Shown here piece by piece: positions 38,437 through 49,633 of a DNA stretch of 64,000 bases. The notes under the pieces were generated by a model that saw only the letters and a program-made list of their open reading frames with translations, was not told the DNA's origin and did not search any database. Source of the DNA: Haplodiscus bocki (Eukaryota); the NCBI GenBank assembly GCA_965655095.1, contig OZ296648.1, positions 117,242,001 through 117,306,000 on the forward strand, read 5' to 3'. Numbering within the stretch: position 1 is the first letter of the stretch; each line of letters starts with the position of its first letter. Position numbers and translations under genes: made by a program.

Positions 38437-40351
38437 ACAGAGCGGCGAAGCCAAGCCCCGCAAAGCCGGCGACCCAGAACAATCCAACTTTTACAAGCGG
38501 AAAAATCAGTATTGAAAACAAGCACAGGAAAAGTCGAAAATTGGAGAACTTCTAAAAACAATTTTCGATACTTTCTCAGAATTATTAAACGATGATTCAA
38601 AGTTATGCAGACTCAGGACGGAAAAGGATTCCTAACATCACCAGGACTTCCAATACTAGGGACTTTTCTCGAAAATACGAAAAGATGTAAGGAAAATGAT
38701 GTTGAAGCTCGTGTGAGTTTCTAAATACAGAGTGAAATAGTGCACAGCAAAAAACACAAACAGCCATCACTAACACTAAGCAGCTTAGCTTCACAGCTTG
38801 GCTGGTGATTAAATTAGTAGTAGCTAGTTGCTGCCTGATTGATATTCTTCGAAAACGAATGCTCGATGAAAGGCTCATGTGAAAATAATTTTGATTTTTC
38901 AATCACAAGTTTAGTTATATGGACGGCAAGGTAGAGAATATGCCAATCCTGCTTCTAACTAGAAAATGAACGTTGCGTGCGAGTGTTTCGCAATGCGTAC
39001 TAGATGATCCCAATTTGACAACTACCAATCATAGAGATAAGCACTCTTAATACAAAATGCATTTAATACTTCGGATTTTCGAAGTACAAGTCGAGTTAAA
39101 AAGCCTGAAACTGTGAAGTAGTGAGACCCTCTCATTCAGAAGTCTCAACAAGTTGTGGAAAAAATCAATCAACTTTGACTAGACGAACAAGCTTGATAAT
39201 ATGCCGAAAAGTTGAAGGTTTCACTTGAAATAATGGCGTTTTGTCAAAGCACCACAAAAACCGATTTCGAAACCCAATAACTATGAAACACGCCATTCAT
39301 TCCCTATGGGATTTTCCAGGTGATGGGTCGATCAATTCAATGGATGGCTTCAATCCAACATATGCACTCTGAGAAAAAGGATTTGAAAGAAGACTCCACT
39401 GAAAATTTTGAAATTCAAGTTAAAAGTGAGGTCATTTCTCGTATTAATAACCCATCTTTTCACGGAAAAATGGTTTCAGTTAAGAAACGAAAAAGTTTCA
39501 TGCAACTGATGATGGTAACTGAGCAGCGTAGAGTATTGCTATAATTTCGCAAACGCGAGTTTTTTTCTGGAATATAGATTTTTTGATCGTTTTGGCCACA
39601 AAAAATGCCTTCAAGACCAATTTTCGAAAATTAGCTCTCGCTATAAAAATCTGAATTCTAAAAGGACAAAACTGAGACAGAAAAATTGGGATGAAAAATC
39701 GTGCCCAGAAACGATCTCAGCAACGATTGCGCAATTACGCAATAAATGCGAGTTGTGAGCGATACAAAGAAGCGGGTCGACCGTAACAAGCTGGCGTTTG
39801 CCAGCTGAAAAGCCGGAATATTACGAAACCGACGCCTGCTATTCGGATGACGCCCAGAGAACACAAAATGCTAGATAGAAAGATTGGCTCTCGTTGCTTT
39901 GTTTCCCCCCTAAAATATGTGTGGAACATGTCTACGTGGCACGTGTGAAGCGTACAAAGGCGGAACTTGCAAAAAAACAAGATTCACAGAACTTCACTTT
40001 CATAATCGGTGTACAATGAACTGATCATCCTTTACAAATGGAAACTTTCACTAAATTTCCACTAAAACACAATGAATTTTCTGTCTGAGTATTCTCGAAT
40101 CTAATCCACTGAATGAAACTGCGTTCGAAATGTTACTTCAACCGTTAAACCCGTTCACCGACAATAAAATTGTATGATCTCAACGTTAATCATTTGGTGT
40201 GCAGAAAGTACTCCACTCATAAACTCAATGAAAAAACGAAGCCTAAAACGTAAGCTCTTCTAGAGATCCGTTTCCAAAAGAGCTTCAAGCATTACAATCC
40301 AACAATATTTTGGCAACACACCACACCAACTAAACTCTAAAGCAAAGAATT

Positions 40352-40421
40352 AGAGCTGAAAGGATTCGAACCTATTCTTCCAAGTCGCGACCTAGCGTGC
40401 TGACCATCACACTAAAGCTCC
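40352..40421 (-). pseudogene. tRNA-like sequence (tRNA pseudogene or SINE head)
   Basis: Minus strand GGAGCTT-TA-GTGTGATGGTCAGCAC-G-CTAGGTCGCGACTTGG-AAGA-ATAGGTTCGAATCCTTT-CAGCTCT. The D-arm and GGTTCGAATCC B-box are good; the acceptor, anticodon and T stems carry mismatches. Confidence 0.5.
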
Positions 40422-41238
40422 CATTTTCAAGCAATCTCTCTAGACTTAAAGACAAGCTTAGTGGTTGCAACAATACATATACACATACAAGCAAATAAAA
40501 GGAGCCCTCTTGCGCTTGAGAATTGCAAACCACGCGTGCTCTACAAATTAAAAAACGCTGATTCAATCGAAAGAGCACGTGACATATGGGCAAAACTGGA
40601 ACCTAGCCACCTAGACTACAATGTATTGGTTGTTGTACACTCGAAGAAACACTGTTGTAACTCTTTACATTGCCGCATTAAAAGTTCGAAGCTCTAATAA
40701 ACTGTCTAAAATAAACTGTTTGTCTCAAACAAAATTCATAATTCATTATTCACAAAGCTATCTTGAGCTGTGTAACAGTGCATACGCCTCCCAGAAAAAC
40801 TTCATTAGAGGGCAATAAAAATTCAAACAATCCTGGCTCTGAATAATTCATCAAATGAGCTTCAACCATTCATGAGTTTCTGGCACACGAGCAGGAGGGT
40901 CAAAACGCAACTTCTATCAATTTGAAACTGAATGAATTGTATTTTTCAAACGCCCAGAAGAATAATTTCTTCATTTTAACATCTAGTTTTTCGTAAGAAT
41001 GATTTTTTTCTATCTTCGGTCAGAAAAAATGAACGGAGTCTGAAACAAAGACCCAGTCGAATTTAAAAACGTACATAGTGTTGGCATAAGTGCCTAACGA
41101 AATTCATGCTAAACTAGGCACTTGGCTTACTACTGGATATTTTCCACCAACCACATTTGTTCGATATTCGAAAAAGTTGAGATAAAAAAAACTGATTCTC
41201 AAACGTTTATGCTATTTTAAGAATCAATTACAATTACC

Positions 41239-41387
41239 AGTAGTAATAGAAGGGGGAGTGATTAGAACCACTTATGTCTCTCTCCATATAGTGTAGTCGA
41301 GTTAGAGCCACTTATTGCTCCTCGATTTTAATACGTTACCAACTCTTAGTCTAACTTCATCTTAACTTTGACAGCTCATCTAGTTTA
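41239..41387 (+). repeat. Left terminal inverted repeat of the Polinton
   Basis: Starts AGTAGTAATAG. Block 41265-41384 aligns ungapped to the reverse complement of 53911-54030 with 19 mismatches in 120 by manual count. Confidence 0.95.
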
Positions 41388-43446
41388 TTAGCGTGAAAAA
41401 ATTGACAGCTGTTTTATCACAGACAAATAGGCGTACAAAGGGCATTTTTCATTCAATTTGAAGATAATGTTTGCAAAAATCAGAAATGCAAAACTAAACT
41501 ACAGCAGCCTATCCATAACCCATCTGGTCTTCATAATCAGCGTGAACCATAAACGAAGCACAAAAACAACGGAAAAATTAGTATTCAATTTCACTCGAAG
41601 TCGAAAAATCTTCGATAACCCACAGAAAGGACCAATTTGATGTTTAACCGAATCGCAGCTAGTAGAGTTCAACAAACAAACAAACAGAATTCATAGCTTG
41701 CGGATGACAACCAGTCCCGCCACCCCGGCATTGGAACTGTGCTAGCAATCAACAGTTCTCGCAAAAAACCACTCAAATGGAAAATTTCAAAATTACAAAA
41801 CGTGACAATCCAAAGTGATGAAGCTATAACTATGCTTTCGTCGGCCATTTTACAGCAAAGCTTCGCAATGACAAGTGTGTTGAGAGAAGTTGGCTCGCAA
41901 TTCCACTACCTTGTATATTCATCTACTGAAGAAGGCGATCTCGAAGTGTGTGAAGAGCCACCTCTGAAGATTGTGAGGTATGCCAATGAGTTTCATCGAA
42001 CAAACTTGCCGAAAAGCTTCTGTACCATTCTTTAAAAACCAGCTTGGTAGCATGCAATGTGAATACAGTATAAGAGACCACAAACCAGGAAATTATGTTG
42101 AAATAGAAGACATCAAAAATTAATGGAGACCATTACCACATTTTCCTTCATCTGAAATCTTCTGTCGGACCAGAGAAGTTTATCAAAAAGAGCATAGCTG
42201 ACAATTTGACACGAGGAAAATCGCCCCTCAAAAATCGAAAAAGCTACGTCAAATTGTTCAAAATGTAGCACCCAGAAAGCTGTTTACATCAAGAGGCCAA
42301 CTGGCAACCGACTTTCCATACACGGCGAAAAACTTGAGTCGATGGTGCAAGCAAAATGAACCAAGGAATTGGGATGCACCTTCGCAACTGTATGGGAATT
42401 CCAGTGCACTCGCTACACGGAGTTTGACGGGAATGAAGACGCCGAAAAGCTGTCTTATTTGTGCAAAAAGACTGGCAGAGCTATAAAACTCAAAGGCAGT
42501 TTTCAAAGATTGTGTGATTGGTTTAATCAATTTACTTGAACGCGGCTTTGGAAACTTCAACGCTTCACATCATAACAATGTTCGTGCAGTAGACCTCCGC
42601 TATTCCAATGCTCCATGCCAGTTTTTCGAATGCATCCAATGTTCAGACTGTGTATTTGACACAAGCGATGGGAAAAATTTTGAATTTGACCCCAACTTAT
42701 ACTCTTTTATAGAGGAGAACGTTCAATTTGTGTGAAAGGTTCATTTATAATTAACTTGTTCAACAAAGTAGCCTCTTTTCAAAAAACTTTAGATTCTGCG
42801 ACACTTAGTTGAAGCACAATAATTAGACGACAACTTCAAGCTTGCGAAGTATCTTTTCACTAGGAATTCGAAAAGAAAAAACGCCTTTCGCAGAGTCCTA
42901 CTTTCCAGACAAAACCATACACCTCCATGATATAAATAACTTCGCTCCGTCTGGTGGACTAATCGGTCCCGGAAAAAGTAGCAAGTACAGTTTCTTGAAT
43001 TATTTCAGAATTTTCTGTTTGCATGCAATCTTCCACTTCCACGACGCATTTGGATTCATGAGAAGTAACTATAATGTAGGTCCCGGTTACGTTTAGGAGC
43101 TTACAGAAAAACCACTTTTTGAGAACAATATGCTTCTCGGACACTTATCTGGTTTAAGCTATTGGCTTTATCTGAAGTTGTTCCACAGGAAGCTGTATGA
43201 GCAATTTGGGTTTTGCCATCATTTGTGTATGAGCAATCATTTTGTGATTTACCGAAATCGATGTCAGTTGTGCTAGAGTTACCTGTGTTGACCATTTCTA
43301 TACCTAATTCCGAAAAAATTCATCTGAAGGCTTCGCTTTCGACACAGGATCTGAAAAATTGCTTTCAGCAAAATATTAAGGGGAAACATTTCAAGATTCG
43401 ACAAACAATGAATGAGCTAGCAAGAGTGAACCAATCGATTCAAAGC

Positions 43447-43700
43447 GTAATTGACGATTTGTATCACCAAGCTTGCGAAGACGAATCTTTTCCCGACTTA
43501 GTAATTGCCGGAAGACATCACAATATTTAATTGATAGCGTTGAAGCAAAATCTCTGTCAACATTCAATGATAATTGAACTGAATGTTACCCAAATGATTC
43601 TTTTCAAAAGCCCACGCGACTTGGAGCCGATTGGCGTTCTCGGTCGGCAGATGGAAGATCGCAACTACTTCTCGATGCATATAAAAAAGCAACCCAGGAC
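43447..43700 (+). pseudogene. Polinton packaging ATPase (FtsK/A32-like) remnant
   Basis: Walker B and downstream motifs VIDDLYHQAC..LVIAGRHHNI*LIALKQNL..IELNVTQMILFKSPRDLEPIGVLGRQM, then after a frameshift LLLDAYKKATQD. No Walker A found upstream. Confidence 0.85.
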
Positions 43701-44187
43701 AAAAAAAATTGATTGATAACGTATGCAATGAAAACGCTGGAACTAGGCGAAAAAGACAGATCCTGTCGGCTGCAAACGGATTGAAACTGCGTGCTTTGGT
43801 ACAACTTTCAGTCCCCAATCATTTAAAGAGGCGCCATGGTATCGTCTAAAATCTACCTAAAAGATCGCAATACAGGAATAGCAGTTTTGAATTTTTTTTT
43901 CGAAAACGAGAGAAACCCGTTTGAACCAGCCCATGAAAACAATGAGCGAGCCAAATAGCTTCGACTGTACAGAGCAAGGCGTCTTTCACTCGTCTCAAAA
44001 ACGATCCACGAATCAGCAGCTGTGAGGGAAATAGTGGGACGACGGTAGGCACGAGCAAAAAGCGTTAAATAGAAAAAGCGTTGAATAGACCTGTGGCGAC
44101 TCCCAAAAACCACTTGCCAAAGGCTCACACCAGCAAACTTTCATCTGGTGCAACGTTCACGGTTGGGTTCATTACAAATGTAGTTGC

Positions 44188-45125
44188 ATGGGAACTGTTT
44201 TCGAACACACGGAAAATTGGGACAAATTTTCAAGCTTTTATTTAACGAGAACGCGGCGTTTGGTACCAGCGAATCAAGAAACAGTCACTTACAGTAAGCT
44301 ACATAACTTGTATACGTCCTGTAAAATTCCTGCCTCTTTCGTAAGCCCAAAATCATTGAAACTGAAACTATAGTCAAATTGTACCTACAACGAAATCGAT
44401 AATTTTGTACAAAAAGTGAGACCTATACAAAGTTCAAACAAGCCCACAGAAACTTCAAACGACTCGAAGTTCGAAGATACAGACTCAATGATATCTGGTC
44501 GTTTGATTTGACTGACATGCAGCCACTCTCCAAATACAACCAAGACATAACGTTCCTTTTTGTTGCTGTCGATACACTTAGTCGCTTCCTCTGGGCTCTT
44601 GCACTCCGAGGAAAAAAATCAGCTGCCTGTAATCAAACCAATATTGCGGGCGTTAGAAGTGGCCACAAAGATTGTCCACCCAAGCATTACCGCGACCCTA
44701 ACGCTCTATCGCTAGAGCCGGAGAAGACTTGGGTTGACAAGGAACGCGAATTTGTACGCGAGCTTTCTAGCTTTTGTCAACAATCGGGTCTCAATAACTA
44801 TTCATTCTTCGATTTGCAGCGAAACGAAAAGGGCGTTGCTTGCTGAAAGGAACATTCGCTCGTTAAAGTCCACCGAAGCGTTTTCTAACTTCTCTATAAA
44901 TTTGTAACCCAATCAGCAAATTAAAGTTCAGAAATGTACAACATGTTAGAATTCGTCGCAAAATAGATCTCTTTCATCAAGGATATCGCATACAATTCAG
45001 GGAAGAGGTGTTCTAAATTGAAAAAGTCGAAACATTGAATCACCCACTGAATCATTGGGAGATTCCAACGACCAGTTGATCCACGAAAAGTTCTACGACA
45101 GCGAGCTCATGTGTTTTGAAAAAGA
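44188..45125 (+). pseudogene. INT: Polinton retroviral-like (DDE) integrase
   Basis: LHNLY..PASF, IWSFDLTDMQPLSKYNQ..FLFVAVDTLSRFLWA, PEKTWVDKEREF, AERNIRSLK, then HVRIRRKIDLFHQGYRIQFREEVF..KFYDSEL. Several frameshifts. The start position is uncertain. Confidence 0.93.
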
Positions 45126-45169
45126 GGACCACGATCAGAAAAACAACAAACTAAGAAATAGTTACGGAA

Positions 45170-46165
45170 ATGGACAAAAGCGACAGCTTCGCCATTAGCT
45201 TATTCTCAAACGAAAAAATGTCAACATTCCCGGAAAAAAACACCAGCCAAATTCACAATTTTTTCACCACCATCGTTGAGCTTCCACGGTACATAGGAAG
45301 TTGCCATAGTAGAACTATCATGGCCGAAATTGATTGAAAACGTGACAGAAGGTCTATGCAGTTATCAACTAACTGCAGGCAAGGAAATTATTGGCTCGAT
45401 CTCAAAACCCTCCTTCGCAGAGAAACCACGTTTTCATAGCGGCATAGTTTCCATGCGTGATCCCCGTAGCTTGAGGAACAGAGCAAAACCGACGTTTGAG
45501 GAAGATGCATTTTCACCGGAAAAAAATTCTCCATAACGGAAGACTATCACCCCTCTGTATATTCCATCATTCAGTCAATGAACATAAAACTATGCAGGAA
45601 AGTTGGGTGGGACACCGATCAATCACATTTTCACTTGGACATTTGCGAAGCGTCGCAGTTACTTAAGTTCAATTTCGTTCAATGGTCGCAAACAGAAAAC
45701 AAAAAACTCCTCGAAGCTGTTTCTCAAGACTTTAAAAATATCTTGGGCCTGGAGTACTTAGTTGAGAGCTGTTGCCAATCTCAATGTGAAAACAACGCCA
45801 CTGAAGAAGGTCACAGAATGACGAATCCCAATCAGGTGAGAAAAAGTTGAAACAAGGTGGAAGGGGCAAATCGAGGCTACTGGTCACTTTTCAGATGACC
45901 CAACAGCTGGGTTGCAAACAATGTTTGTTTACAGAGACTTGGTTCAAAATGAAATAATGGGAAACACACGAACGCTTCAACTCAAGAAGTGCCTCTCAGT
46001 AGCAACAAGAGTTATCAAACATTCACCAAACTTCAATGGCGTCGTGTTATAAAAGCCTCCACTCATTCAATAACCATCTCTCTCCGAAGTGAAACTGGCG
46101 ATTTCAATCCATTTCTCACCCGCGGATAACAAAAATTAACGTTACAATTCAGGCAGGTGAAATAA
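45170..46165 (+). pseudogene. Polinton minor capsid protein (penton, single jelly-roll)
   Basis: N-terminal FAISLFSNEKMSTFP..LSFHGT*EVAIVELSWP. C-terminal DPTAGLQTMFVYRDLVQNEIMGNT..YQTFTKLQWRRV..SITISLRSETG..PF..LTLQFRQVK*. Confidence 0.82.
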
Positions 46166-46451
46166 CTGCAATGAAATGGGAGAACTCGTGGCAAAACCAT
46201 CTATATTCATCGCTGCGCCATATCAATTACTAATTCGGAGGTTACTGAAGCAGTCGTTTTCTCAACTCTCAATAAAAATACCTTCCAGCCTGTCAGCAAA
46301 ATCTGATAATCCGACAAAACGCCACGCAGATTCGACATTCAACAACGATAGCCGCCCATTGTCATCATTATTCTGTTTTTGAGAAACGGAGACTAATAAG
46401 GTCTGTTGTGTCAAGCGGTAGGAAGGTGAGAAAAAAAACAACTACCATAAA

Positions 46452-47000
46452 ATGGGCGCCCACTTTGATCATCAAACTCAACAAAAGACATTTAGAAAAC
46501 CCAATATGGTGACGGCCGGCAGGTCTGCACGCCAGTTTGGGTCAGGAGGACTGGGCGCATTTGCAACGCGGAAGGGGCGGGTGGCAATACCCCTCGTGAA
46601 ACAATATGTGAAGACTGTCGCCAAACAATTAGGCAAGAATCTCATCAACATTTGTGCCCGAAAATACTAACGTCATAAGCGGTAAAAAAACGAACAAAGA
46701 CAGTGTTGCGTGGAACATTCAAAAAGACTGCTGCAAAAACAATAGCTTCTACCTCTGCCTCATCATCAAAAAGGACAAAAGGAAACTTGTCTGAAATTAC
46801 ACGAGCGAATGGCTCACCGCGGCGGCGCGCAAACGCGCGCGCGGACGGTGCACCTGGACATTCACCTTGAGGGCAGCAAGTCACCAGGATCGTTGAACCG
46901 TGGAAAAAAGTTTAAAGAAACCATCACCATCATTCCTCGCAACAAATGTGTAGGAAGAAGTCAGTCTGATACACTTGCTGGTGTTGCCTTCAGCAAGTAA
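46452..47000 (+). pseudogene. Polinton small basic core/membrane-active protein remnant
   Basis: RQFGSGGLGAFATRKGRVAIPLVKQYVKTVAKQLGKNLI (Q-x-G-x-G motif then an amphipathic helix) followed by K/R-rich sequence, in the expected position just upstream of the major capsid gene. Confidence 0.65.
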
Positions 47001-47071
47001 TAAAAGCAGTCAATTATTCATTTAGTTGAAGAAGAAAAAGATTACAAGAAGTCAAAAGGGAAATAGAATTA

Positions 47072-48438
47072 ATGAGTGGTGATGAAGAGTTCCAGCGGCG
47101 CAAGCAGCAATCAAATTTTCTTTTTTGGGTGTTCCAGCCAAATTGCCAATACAGTGGCCCACAGTGCTCTGGACTTTTCGAATAACCATCTGTACTAATC
47201 AATTATGGAGGTACATTTGATCAAGAAGTGCTTCCACAAGTAGGTAGCAAAGGGCCTCAGATTGATTTTTTTTCGTCAAATCCGACAATAAAAAGTGCAT
47301 CGACTTGAATCGAATCTGCTTCGGATTGGAATTTATAATGTGAAACCGGGGCGTACAAGATGCTGCGACGCTGGACCAGGTGCTTTTCTCGAACAACACT
47401 ACACTCTCCATTTTCCCATGTTGAATTGTTTCGAAAACTTATTTCTAATAGCAACAACAATTATCATCACCCGGCGTTTGTCGAGACAGAAGTGACTACA
47501 GATCCAGTCAGCAAAAAGACTTGGAGTGTTTGTCCAGCCAACCAGCATCGAACAAACGAAGGGAAGAACTTAGAATTGAAGGATGAAGTCATGAAAACTC
47601 GCCAACGAGGGAATTTGTTCTTTTTACTTGTACAGAGCTCCATATGTCGACTTTTTGGATTGCGAACGTTTACTAACACCGGGCGTGACTTTGCATTTGC
47701 GCTTCTATCGATCTCTAAATCACAGCGCTCCGGAAACTTTGACTAATTTGAGTGACGCCGAAGTATCGGCGCTCGATAAAAATTGGCCCGCAGTTGTTTC
47801 GAAAAAGCTGTTTGTCAACTAGATTGTTCTGTCGGACATTGTGAAGGTTGGCATCGAGCGAGCGCTCAGAAAAAGTTGCGCGGTACTTCCATACACAGAA
47901 AAATCAACAAAATCTTCATAATACAGTCGGGGCAGAATTGCTTTCTGGCAGAAAACGTTTTTGGCACGGAACCTGTGTGTCAGCTTCCTTTGTGTATGAT
48001 GTGGAATCGATAGTTACGTGGAACAACGACTGCTTCGATGCCCTTCAGGTACGAAAAGTTTGATTCGCACAAAGTGGGGCTTCCGAGAGGCAACGGTTTA
48101 CCCAATACAGGGACGCCGCTGGACACATCAAACGACACACGACTATATTACAACCCCATAAGAGCTTTGGGATTTGAGCGAGGCGGCGGCGGAATTACTG
48201 TGGAAGATTATCAGGCTAACCATTTCTACCTCGTGTTCGACCTAACTTCAAACAGGTAAGCAAGCAAAAGTTTCACCCTCTTTCCGGAAGTGAACGCAGC
48301 AGGCATAATATTGAAATTGTCTTTCAGCAAAGCATTAGTAGAAGCGGTTGAACTATTATTAAATGGAAAACGATTCAGTCAAATTATCATTAAAACTCAG
48401 GGATTATTTCAAAACCTTCATCGCTGGCCAATGGATAA
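47072..48438 (+). pseudogene. Polinton major capsid protein (double jelly-roll)
   Basis: HSALDFS..GPQIDFF..CIDLNRI, TLHSPFSHVEL..LISNSNNNYHHPAFVET, DFLDCERLLTPGVTLHLRFYRS, FIIQSGQ..ENVFG, PFRYEKF, GITVEDYQANHFYLVFDLTS and GIILKLSFSKAL are colinear across frameshifts. Confidence 0.9.
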
Positions 48439-49045
48439 ATTGATTTTAACCTGTCTAGGCGAAAGTTGTCCCAGTCTAACTCGCAATTCAGTTGACGTGG
48501 TTTCATCCGACAACTCCTTTTTGGGTTCGGGACTTTGGGCATTCGGACTCTGCTGTCGCAGGCGGTGAAAACTTTTTCTATCAGATTGTAAGCAGTGCTG
48601 CGCACAATGAAATTGGGCAACATTGGCTTTTGCTGCTATACATCGTGATACCTGATCGAAAAAAAAGCGCAACGACAAATTGATGAAGGTGATTATCATT
48701 TGAGATCCCATCGGTTTGCCCTTCATAAGATATAAAACTTTAGGCAAACAGTCGGCGAGCCTTTCATCAGAATCAAAAAAAGTTTCAAGATAAATTTCCT
48801 TTGGCAAAACCCCAGCTCTAACCTCGGGGGACTTTACTGTTTGTTTATGGCTCACTATCAAAAACAAATTCGATTCGCGGAAAACGTCTCCACCTTGTTG
48901 CGCGACAGAAAGAAAAATTTCCTTTCAAATTAGTCGCTCCCTTACCAAATTGAGCAACGTTTCAGGGATCGAAGTTATCCGGTATTTCAACATACATTAT
49001 AAATGTAATTTCAGATACAAGATTCGCTACAATCAATTTTAGTTT
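48431..49045 (+). pseudogene. PRO: Polinton adenain-like cysteine maturation protease
   Basis: MDKLILTCL..VVSSD, QIVSSAAHNEIGQHWLLL (catalytic His), DPIGLP, QNPSSNLGGLYCLFMAH (the catalytic Cys position now reads Gly). Confidence 0.8.
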
Positions 49046-49050
49046 GAAAG

Positions 49051-49056
49051 AATAAA
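49051..49056 (+). terminator. Putative polyadenylation signal closing the plus-strand structural gene block
   Basis: AATAAA lies where the plus-strand and minus-strand units converge. Confidence 0.4.
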
Positions 49057-49063
49057 GTTCACT

Positions 49064-49595
49064 CAGTTTCCATTGTCAGACTCACTGCTGTCACTGTAGA
49101 TAACAAGTTTACACCCGTTTTTTTGCGATGGTACCTAAAATACTATTGTCATCGCGCGTACCATTTCCTTCTTTCAACTGTTCTGCTTCCCATTCTATGA
49201 ATGGGTGAGTCATTGTTGTTGATTGACCCTGCTCGGCCTCTGCGACCATCTCATCAAAGCGGTCACATTCAACACATTTGTCGTCATCATCATCAACATC
49301 CCAATAGTCAGCTTGATGAAAACCAGGATCCGGAGGACCTAAAGCTTACATACTGCCGATCTTTGAAAATTCAAAATTTACTATTGAAAAACAATCTAAC
49401 TAATAGCAATCTAGCTGAAGCTTGGCTGCTGAAGTAGAGAATGTAAAGGTGTTGGCGGAGTTGCACGTTGAAGATCCACCGAGAGATGATCAGTATAGTC
49501 TTCTCTTGTGTCAATGGAACCATTGGTTAAGTACCAGGAACTGGCATTTTCAATCTCATCATCACTGTGACTGATTATCGAGGAAGCGCAAGAAC
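49064..49595 (-). pseudogene. Acidic coding segments downstream of pPolB, probably two spliced exons (49595-49401 and 49338-~49064)
   Basis: Phase-1 compatible GT..AG introns. Translation includes PPDPGFHQADYWDVDDDDD and HPFIEWEAEQ. Confidence 0.5.
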
Positions 49596-49633
49596 CTACG
49601 AAGCAAAAAAAACGGAAATATACACTGGAACAA

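Noticed and set aside
40352-40421. Functional tRNA gene
   Set aside because: Stem mismatches, an irregular anticodon arm and an atypical anticodon; kept only as a tRNA-like remnant.
42959-43095. GPGKSSK or VGPGY as the ATPase Walker A
   Set aside because: Neither fits GxxGxGK[ST], and both are too far from the Walker B at 43447.
48418-48867. 149-aa minus-strand ORF and other antisense ORFs within the Polinton structural block
   Set aside because: They are antisense shadows of the plus-strand protease and capsid remnants.
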